Assembly (NCBI GenBank): GCA_964566505.1
Contig: CAZMIM010000001.1
Span: forward strand, 65,140 to 129,139
DNA length: 64,000 nt
From: an uncultured Candidatus Saccharibacteria bacterium
Lineage (GTDB): Bacteria > Patescibacteriota > Minisyncoccia > Phycocordibacterales > PCTT01
Direction: 5' to 3'
Shown here: positions 57,527 to 64,000 of the stretch, piece by piece
How the letters are laid out: every line of letters starts with the position of its first letter
Position numbering within the stretch: position 1 is the stretch's first letter
Position numbers and translations under genes: made by a program
The notes under the pieces: generated by a model
Told to the model about the DNA's origin: nothing
Seen by the model: only the letters and a program-made list of their open reading frames with translations
Databases searched by the model: none

Positions 57527-59719
57527 ATGAGCAAACTTTTAATCGTTGAGTCGCCAGCAAAGGCGAAGACAATTTCAAAATACCTAGATGATGAATACAC
57601 CGTAAAAGCGAGTGTAGGACACATTAGAGATCTCCCAAAGAGCAACAAAAACGCTATCGATATCGATGGTGGTTTTATTCCGCAATATGAAGTTTCTCCC
57701 GGAAAGGAGAAAGTTATAAAAGAGCTAAAGAAGCTGTCAAAAGACGCAGAAGAAATTGTACTCGCATCTGACCCCGACCGAGAAGGAGAAGCTATTGCGT
57801 GGCACTTGGTAGAGGCACTCAAACTAAAAGACGACCCACGCGTAAAGCGAATTACATTTAATGAGATTACAAAAGACGCGGTAAAAGAGGCAATGAACCA
57901 CCCTCGTTCTATTGATGACGACCTAAGACGCGCACAAGAAGCACGGAGAATACTTGATAGGCTCGTAGGATACGACCTTTCAGGACTTATTTGGAAAAAG
58001 GTTCGATACGGACTATCTGCAGGACGGGTGCAATCACCTGCACTTCGAATCATTATGGAAAGAGAGCGAGAGATTCGCGCATTTGTACCTGAAGATTATT
58101 TTGTACTAAAGGCAGAGCTTTCACACAAAAATGGAGAATTTCTAACAACATGTGTAGAAGAGCCAAATGATAAAGCTGTTGCAGAAAATATTGTCTCACT
58201 TGGAGAAAAGGGAGAATGGATTGTATCTGACATAAAAGAAACAAATGCTACAAGAAAGGCATATGCACCATTTAAAACTTCAACACTACAAGCTACTGCC
58301 AGCACACGACTAGGATACTCTCCATCACGAACAATGCGTGCAGCGCAAAGACTATATGAGGCTGGACTTATCACATACATGCGAACAGACAGCCCATCAC
58401 TCTCACCTACTGTACTAGGGCCTATCGCCTCTTTGATTGAAAAAGAATATGGAAAAGAGTATGTACAAACAACTGTATACAAAACAAAAAGCAAAGGTGC
58501 TCAAGAAGCACATGAAGCGATCCGACCAACAGATGTTACAAAAATAGATGCTGGTACAACAGACGAGCAAAAGCGTCTTTATAACCTCATTTGGACACGA
58601 ACAATTGCGAGCCAAATGGCACCTGCAAAAATATTGCGAACAAAATACATCACAAACATAAAAGACACCGATACTCCAGCCTTTACTGTAAATGGTTCAC
58701 GAACACTGTTTGATGGATGGCTAAAGGCAGACCCAGCGGCTCGAGGTGAGGATGTGGAGCTTCCAGAAGTTTCTGTAAATGACTCACTTACACTCAAGAA
58801 AATGGATATGGAGGAGAAGCAGACGCAACCGCCAAACCGATATACAGAAGCGGGACTTATTAAAGAGCTTGAAAAAAGAGGTATTGGTCGTCCGAGTACA
58901 TACGCAAGTATTATGAATACACTTGCGCAACGACATTATGTAGAAAAAGAAGGAAAAACACTTATTCCTACAGACACAGGTGATGTTGTGAGTACATTTA
59001 TTGAAGACAACTTCTCTCAATACATTAGCGACACATTTACTGCTGAGATGGAGCGAGAACTCGATGAGATTGCACAAGGAGAGCGAGACTACGCAAAGAC
59101 TCTTAAAGATTTCTACAGTGAGTTCCAAAAAGCAGTTGAATCAAAGGCAGACATTCCAAAAATTACAAACCTAGGAAAAGCAGACGACAAACACAAATGC
59201 CCTACATGTAATAGCGGTATGGTGATAAAACTTGGCAAAGGAGGAAAGTTCCTTTCATGCGATCGGTTCCCTGACTGTGAAGGTGCACGAACAATTGACG
59301 GAGAAGAGATTACACCTGATGAGCCAATCGGTGTAGACCCTGAAAGCGGAGAGGATGTGTATGTACTCAATGGACGATACGGTCCGTATGTGCAACTAGG
59401 TGAAAAGACCAAAGAAAATAAGAAGCCAAGACGAGCAAGTATTCCAAAAGATATAAACCCTGACGATGTTACTCTCGAGTTTGCACTAAAACTGCTATCA
59501 CTTCCCCGACTTCTTGGAACACACCCAGAAACAGGAAACGACATTATGGCAAACATTGGACGATTTGGTCCATACATCGCACACAACACATCTCCAAAGC
59601 CAGATTTTCGTTCTATTAAAGAAGACGACCCATACACCATTACATTTGAGCGAGCTCTTGAAATCCTAAAAGAAGAAAAGAAAACACGCCGAGGACGAGC
59701 CAAAACAAAGAAAGTGTAA
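57527..59719 (+). CDS. topA: DNA topoisomerase I
   Basis: TOPRIM LLIVESPAKAKTI and a C-terminal zinc ribbon CPTCNSGMVIKLGKGGKFLSCDRFPDCEG; start at MSKLL. Confidence 0.93.
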   Translation: MSKLLIVESPAKAKTISKYLDDEYTVKASVGHIRDLPKSNKNAIDIDGGFIPQYEVSPGKEKVIKELKKLSKDAEEIVLASDPDREGEAIAWHLVEALKLKDDPRVKRITFNEITKDAVKEAMNHPRSIDDDLRRAQEARRILDRLVGYDLSGLIWKKVRYGLSAGRVQSPALRIIMEREREIRAFVPEDYFVLKAELSHKNGEFLTTCVEEPNDKAVAENIVSLGEKGEWIVSDIKETNATRKAYAPFKTSTLQATASTRLGYSPSRTMRAAQRLYEAGLITYMRTDSPSLSPTVLGPIASLIEKEYGKEYVQTTVYKTKSKGAQEAHEAIRPTDVTKIDAGTTDEQKRLYNLIWTRTIASQMAPAKILRTKYITNIKDTDTPAFTVNGSRTLFDGWLKADPAARGEDVELPEVSVNDSLTLKKMDMEEKQTQPPNRYTEAGLIKELEKRGIGRPSTYASIMNTLAQRHYVEKEGKTLIPTDTGDVVSTFIEDNFSQYISDTFTAEMERELDEIAQGERDYAKTLKDFYSEFQKAVESKADIPKITNLGKADDKHKCPTCNSGMVIKLGKGGKFLSCDRFPDCEGARTIDGEEITPDEPIGVDPESGEDVYVLNGRYGPYVQLGEKTKENKKPRRASIPKDINPDDVTLEFALKLLSLPRLLGTHPETGNDIMANIGRFGPYIAHNTSPKPDFRSIKEDDPYTITFERALEILKEEKKTRRGRAKTKKV

Positions 59720-59732
59720 TACTATATCTACT

Positions 59733-61223
59733 ATGAAAGGGCTTGCGGAACTCACAAAAAAAATACAACCACTTTCAAAAAAAGATGAAAAGCGTTTGGC
59801 GCAGAGCTATAGCTTTGCAAAGCAAGCCCACAAAGGACAAACACGATATTCAGGAGAACCATATTTCAATCATGTATATGAGACGGCTTCACTTCTTGCA
59901 GACATGGGAATGTCTGTAGAGACAGTGATAGCTGGACTTTTGCACGACACAATAGAAGACGCAGAAGTAACAGATGAAAGTATCTCATCACTCTTTGGAG
60001 AGGAGGTGCTTTTTTTGGTTAAGGGTGTAACAAAGCTTGGAAAGATTCGCTATCACGGTGTAGAACGACACGTAGGAAGCCTTCGTAAACTATTTCTTGC
60101 TACATCTTCTGACCTTCGTGTTCTCATAATTAAACTTGCCGATAGGCTCCACAACATGCGCACACTCGAGCATGTTCCAGAAGAAAAACAAAGAAGAATC
60201 GCTCTTGAAACAATGGAGGTGTACGCACCTATTGCCCACCGACTCGGTATGGGAAAGCTTATGGGAGAGCTACAAGACCTTTCATTTCCATATGTATATC
60301 CAGAAGACTATGTGAAAGTAAAAGAGCTTGCTGAGCAAAAGAGAAAAGAAAAGACAGCAAAGCTCAAAGAGCTATATAAAGAACTTGAGAAATCGCTTAA
60401 AAAAGAGAAAGTGTCTGACATCACTATCGACTACCGACTCAAGCATATGTACAGCATTTATGAAAAGCTGAAAAGAAAAGACTGGGACATTAACAGGGTG
60501 TATGACATTTCTGCGCTTCGTATTATTGTTCCTACTGTTAGTGACTGCTACAAAGTACTTGGTGTGGTTCATGGAATATGGCGACCACTTCCTGGGCGCA
60601 TAAAAGACTATATTGCATTTCCAAAACCAAACGGATACCAAAGCATCCACACTACTATTTTTACAGGAGACGGAGACATTGCAGAGATACAAATACGAAC
60701 CGCAAAAATGCACCAAGAGGCAGAATACGGAGTGGCATCTCATGCAAACTATAAAAAAGATGGTGGTGGTTTGATGTCGCTAGAATGGTTTGGAACACTT
60801 CTAGGTCAAAAGCCAACTCAGCATGATGAAGAAGAAAAAGAGGCGCCAGAGTGGATTAAAGAACTTGCAAACACACAAGAATACACCGATGAGCCAGATG
60901 AGTTCCTAAACAATCTAAAGACAGACTTCTTTAGTGATAGGCTTTTTGTATTTACACCACTTGGAGATGTTATCGACCTTCCACAGGGTTCTACTCCAAT
61001 TGATTTTGCTTATCATGTTCACACACATATTGGAAACCATACTTTTGGTGCAAAAGTTAATGGGAAGTTTACCTCACTTGAGAGTGAACTTAAAAACGGT
61101 GACATTGTAGAGATTATCACCAAAGAAAAAAGCCACCCGACAACCAAGTGGCTCGACGCTGCAAAGACAACTCTTGCACGACGACATATTAAAAGTTATT
61201 TGCAGTCACAAAAATCTAAATAG
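59733..61223 (+). CDS. rel: (p)ppGpp synthetase/hydrolase RelA/SpoT family (short: HD, synthetase and TGS domains)
   Basis: HD motif (LLHDTIEDAEV), RelA_SpoT synthetase motifs and a C-terminal TGS; 496 aa. Confidence 0.88.
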   Translation: MKGLAELTKKIQPLSKKDEKRLAQSYSFAKQAHKGQTRYSGEPYFNHVYETASLLADMGMSVETVIAGLLHDTIEDAEVTDESISSLFGEEVLFLVKGVTKLGKIRYHGVERHVGSLRKLFLATSSDLRVLIIKLADRLHNMRTLEHVPEEKQRRIALETMEVYAPIAHRLGMGKLMGELQDLSFPYVYPEDYVKVKELAEQKRKEKTAKLKELYKELEKSLKKEKVSDITIDYRLKHMYSIYEKLKRKDWDINRVYDISALRIIVPTVSDCYKVLGVVHGIWRPLPGRIKDYIAFPKPNGYQSIHTTIFTGDGDIAEIQIRTAKMHQEAEYGVASHANYKKDGGGLMSLEWFGTLLGQKPTQHDEEEKEAPEWIKELANTQEYTDEPDEFLNNLKTDFFSDRLFVFTPLGDVIDLPQGSTPIDFAYHVHTHIGNHTFGAKVNGKFTSLESELKNGDIVEIITKEKSHPTTKWLDAAKTTLARRHIKSYLQSQKSK

Positions 61224-62265
61224 AGAAATTGCTGATTGAGTATAGATCCTCTTCCCCGCTCTCTTCCTCTTTTTGCTCTTCTTTGGCTGGCAAATCACCG
61301 AGCGCATCAGATGCAGAGAGAACTGTTTTTTGCTCTGACACATAGTAGAGCTTTGGCTCATACATTCCTACTTTATCTGGTGTAGTGCCAGACTCTTCTA
61401 TAAATCTATCCATCATTGCTGATGTAGATTTTTTCTCGTCAGTACTTTTTACCAAATCCAAAATACTCTCAAGGTCTTGTGGTGAGAAGAAGTCGATAAC
61501 AATACGCCCACCAATATCTTTTTGTTCAATCTGTACTCGAGTACCAAGAGACTCTGCGAGCTTCTCCTCCATCTTTATTATAGTTGGATCAACTGTTCGC
61601 TCTTTCTTTCGCACCTTGTCATAGGCAATACGGCGCGCAATAGACTCTGCCTGGCGAACTGTTAGCTTTTTGTATACAAGCTCTTTAAAGAGTGTTTTTT
61701 GCTGTTCTGGACGGTCATCAAGCATGAGTAGTGGTCGTGCATGACCTTCTTTTATGCGTCCTTGGATAATGGCATCCAAAACATCTTCAGGCAAAATAAG
61801 AAGCCTGATAGAGTTTGAAACATACTCTCGTGAACGACCCACCTTTTCTCCGATTTGTGCATGTGTGAAGTTAAACTCTTCTGCAAGTTGTTTGAATGCT
61901 CGGGCGCGGTCTATTGGGTTTAGGTCTTCTCGTTGGAGGTTCTCGATAATAGCAAGCTCGAGCTTTTCACGAGCGCTTTGTTGTCCGCTTCTGATGATTA
62001 CCGGCACTTGAGAAAGGCCTGCGATTTGTGATGCTCGGTGTCGTCTCTCTCCTGCAATAAGCTCATATTCAACACTAATACCACCGTCTTCATTTACGAT
62101 TTCATTTCGTGTTACCACAAGAGGTTGAAGCACTCCATACTGACGAATGGAATCTGCCAAATCATTGAGTCGCGCCTCGTCAAACTCTTTTCGTGGCTGA
62201 TATGGGTTGGGAACTATCTTTGTTACTTCCACCCAAAAAATTGCATTTTCGTGAAAATTTGCCAT
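61216..62265 (-). CDS. parB: ParB/Spo0J-family partition protein (no adjacent parA)
   Basis: ParB box GERRHRAS and an HTH; 3' end overlaps rel by 8 nt. Confidence 0.85.
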   Translation of the reverse strand: MANFHENAIFWVEVTKIVPNPYQPRKEFDEARLNDLADSIRQYGVLQPLVVTRNEIVNEDGGISVEYELIAGERRHRASQIAGLSQVPVIIRSGQQSAREKLELAIIENLQREDLNPIDRARAFKQLAEEFNFTHAQIGEKVGRSREYVSNSIRLLILPEDVLDAIIQGRIKEGHARPLLMLDDRPEQQKTLFKELVYKKLTVRQAESIARRIAYDKVRKKERTVDPTIIKMEEKLAESLGTRVQIEQKDIGGRIVIDFFSPQDLESILDLVKSTDEKKSTSAMMDRFIEESGTTPDKVGMYEPKLYYVSEQKTVLSASDALGDLPAKEEQKEEESGEEDLYSISNFSI

Positions 62266-64000
62266 ATACACCTATACTTATAGTGATATTGTAGCACAGA
62301 TGAAAATTGGGAGTGTATGTGCATATTGCACAAAAGTGCGAGTTGCAGTACGCTTCTTGTATGTGCATGCCGCGGTGGCGGAATTGGTAGACGCGCACGA
62401 CTCAAAATCGTGTTCCTTACGGAGTGAGAGTTCGATTCTCTCCCGCGGCACAAGGAAGGAATGATTAGAGCAAAATCAGTGTTCTGTATCGAGCAGTCCT
62501 CAACATCCTGAGGTTCGACCCTGGAGTTTTTCTTTCGGGCTCTGGCCAGCATCTCAGTGAATGCCTGGATGGGTTTCGTGTTGTAAACACGAAGTGATTG
62601 GCCATCCAGAACCAGGTTCGACCCCCAAGCGGTCAACGATCCCCGCTTATCGCGAGGCGTCCCCTTAGCGATCACCTTGGATAGGTCGTGGGCCAGGTTT
62701 GCTAATTCTGCAGCTTTGTCGTACCACACCCCTTTCTTTTGATTTGAGCGTAGCGAGCGCTCCCGTTGGTCTAGCTCGGCTGTCATTTCGTTGAACTCAG
62801 TGTCATCAATCATCGCTTTTGAACGCATGATGACGACCTCCTTGCGCTGGCTTTTTAGATCAGCGATGGCATTAAGACGACAGTTGTCAACAGATCGGCT
62901 AGCCTCGATTTCTTCATCTCGTAGGTGAGTAAGATGCTTGAGGATCCAGTCTCTTAGGGCGGTAGAAATCGCCAGGTTCTGCCTGATATAGTCCAAGAGG
63001 AATGCCTCGACCTTTCTTTCCTCTATTGCAGGCGCCCTCACCCCAATCATCTTCCTTGCTCGGCTGCTACGATAGTACACGTAGTGCCTGAATGTTGGGC
63101 TCTTCATGTGACTTATCGCCAGGCTACACTTAGGACAGTGCTCTCTAGTAGCGTATGAAAACTTGTGCCTGCAGCCCGAACACACAACGTGGTCTTTGAA
63201 GTCGGCTACCACCCCGCAATCATATTGAGCGCAGCGAATAAACCCTGTGTATACGGCTCTGGGCCTTGCGTTGTGTCTCCTTCGACCGAGTCTACCCAGC
63301 ATCTTCTGAATGCGCCAGTATTCATCCTCAGAGATCGCTCGTGGAAGTGCTTGATCCATTTCATATCTCTTTCCCTCATAAAAGAAGAAGCCTGCGTAGT
63401 ACGTGTTGGCAAGAAGCTTGTAGAAGTTGGTCAGCGTGACTGGTTTGCCTCCAGATCTTTTTCTTATCGGCGTCCTTAGACCCAGCTCATTGCATGCATG
63501 CTCCCACACCTCTCGAACCGAAAACCTTCCACAAAGAATCCGACGAAACACCTCCTCGATGATGGGGAATCGCTCTTCGTCGACTTGCCACCTTTTTGCT
63601 CCTTTTTCCCCGGATTTGTCATTCTTATAGCCAATAGGCGCTAGTCCGTGTGGGATGCCAAGTGACGCTTTTCGCCGTTGTCCCCGCCTTACGTTCGAGG
63701 AAAGGTCGCGAATAAATTGGTTGGCCATCCCAAATTCAACAGCAAGAACGATGACGTTGGTCTCTGGGGTATAGCGAGATGTTGGCGTTCTGATTTCCTG
63801 GAGTACTCCTCGTTGAAGAAGGTCCATTATCCGACCGCCATCAATTGGGTTTCTGGCAAGCCGGTCTAGCTTCCAGCATATAATGGCGTTTGCATCCCCT
63901 CGTTCGACTCGTTCGAGCATTGCATTGAATGCCGGACGACCAACAGCTTTCGCAGATCGCTCCTCAGTGAATGGGGCGCCTGCGACAAAGAGTCCCCGCG
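62223..64000 (-). CDS. Large serine recombinase (integrase), partial: the N-terminal catalytic region runs past the window end. The C-terminal ~80 codons read through antisense tRNA-Leu and into parB, so the true stop is uncertain.
   Basis: The frame stays open to 64000 (…LFVAGAPFTEERSAKAVGRPAFNAMLERVERGDANAIICWKLDRLARN is a resolvase-domain motif); zinc ribbon CSGCRHKFSYATREHCPKCS and a coiled coil follow; GC ~55%. Confidence 0.75.
   Translation of the reverse strand, partial: RGLFVAGAPFTEERSAKAVGRPAFNAMLERVERGDANAIICWKLDRLARNPIDGGRIMDLLQRGVLQEIRTPTSRYTPETNVIVLAVEFGMANQFIRDLSSNVRRGQRRKASLGIPHGLAPIGYKNDKSGEKGAKRWQVDEERFPIIEEVFRRILCGRFSVREVWEHACNELGLRTPIRKRSGGKPVTLTNFYKLLANTYYAGFFFYEGKRYEMDQALPRAISEDEYWRIQKMLGRLGRRRHNARPRAVYTGFIRCAQYDCGVVADFKDHVVCSGCRHKFSYATREHCPKCSLAISHMKSPTFRHYVYYRSSRARKMIGVRAPAIEERKVEAFLLDYIRQNLAISTALRDWILKHLTHLRDEEIEASRSVDNCRLNAIADLKSQRKEVVIMRSKAMIDDTEFNEMTAELDQRERSLRSNQKKGVWYDKAAELANLAHDLSKVIAKGTPRDKRGSLTAWGSNLVLDGQSLRVYNTKPIQAFTEMLARARKKNSRVEPQDVEDCSIQNTDFALIIPSLCRGRESNSHSVRNTILSRARLPIPPPRHAHTRSVLQLALLCNMHIHSQFSSVLQYHYKYRCIWQIFTKMQFFGWK
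62370..62451 (+). tRNA. tRNA-Leu (anticodon CAA), type II with long variable arm
   Basis: Acceptor GCCGCGG/CCGCGGC, anticodon loop CUCAAAA, 13-nt variable arm, T-loop TTCGATT. Confidence 0.88.
62452..64000. mobile_element. Edge of an integrated element (prophage/ICE/genomic island) inserted at the 3' end of tRNA-Leu(CAA)
   Basis: Abrupt GC rise to ~55% exactly after the tRNA 3' end; serine integrase gene oriented with its 3' end toward the tRNA. Confidence 0.6.

Noticed and set aside
1-64000. CRISPR array search
   Set aside because: No regularly spaced direct repeats. The repeated sequences are palindromic hairpins at irregular, gene-boundary positions.

Overview
This 64 kb window is standard genetic code, about 42% GC, tightly packed and mostly minus-strand. 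The edge genes (pepF at the left end, a large serine recombinase at the right end) are real but are not in the ORF track because they run off the window. The content is bacterial housekeeping from a reduced-genome organism. Recognisable genes are rpsP, a KH protein, trmD, mnmA, rnr, rnc, rpmF, rnhB, dnaE, thrS, ddl, uvrA, uvrB, uvrC, tgt, dnaX, dus, serS, dprA-topA, rel, parB, and tRNA-Ala/Gln/Leu. Several proteins are minimal versions: ThrRS without the N-terminal domains, UvrC without the HhH domain, a gamma-length DnaX, a 721-aa hinge-less SMC and a 496-aa Rel. A beta-barrel OMP ending in Phe, a TonB and an OmpA-like domain indicate a diderm cell envelope. Accessory and compositionally odd segments are interspersed with the core genes. 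(1) A DNA-repair/nuclease cluster at 1117-5210: UDG family 4, Pcm, an MGMT C-domain, a Cas4-like Fe-S nuclease and an ATP-cone-Mrr nuclease. (2) A GC-rich block (~50% GC, 41.4-46.9 kb) holding a substrate-binding-protein/OmpA fusion, two coupled coiled-coil proteins and a solitary FCB-type TonB. The adjacent ABC permease and ATPase (39.6-41.4 kb) are at background GC. (3) An AT-rich block (~30% GC, 47.1-51.1 kb) with a 903-aa secreted LCAT-like lipase carrying a lamin-tail domain. (4) A ~55% GC integrated element beginning exactly at the 3' end of tRNA-Leu(CAA), with a large serine recombinase running off the window. The most distinctive sequence-level signal is three families of intergenic palindromic (REP-like) hairpin elements. 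The main one, GTTTGGGA-N11-TCCCAAAC, has 7.5 copies and bounds the accessory cassettes; compensatory changes keep its central stem paired. A promoter-plus-terminator-delimited, GC-rich ~310 nt non-coding transcript of unknown class is predicted at 39137-39449 on the minus strand. There is also a NusB-NUDIX fusion protein.
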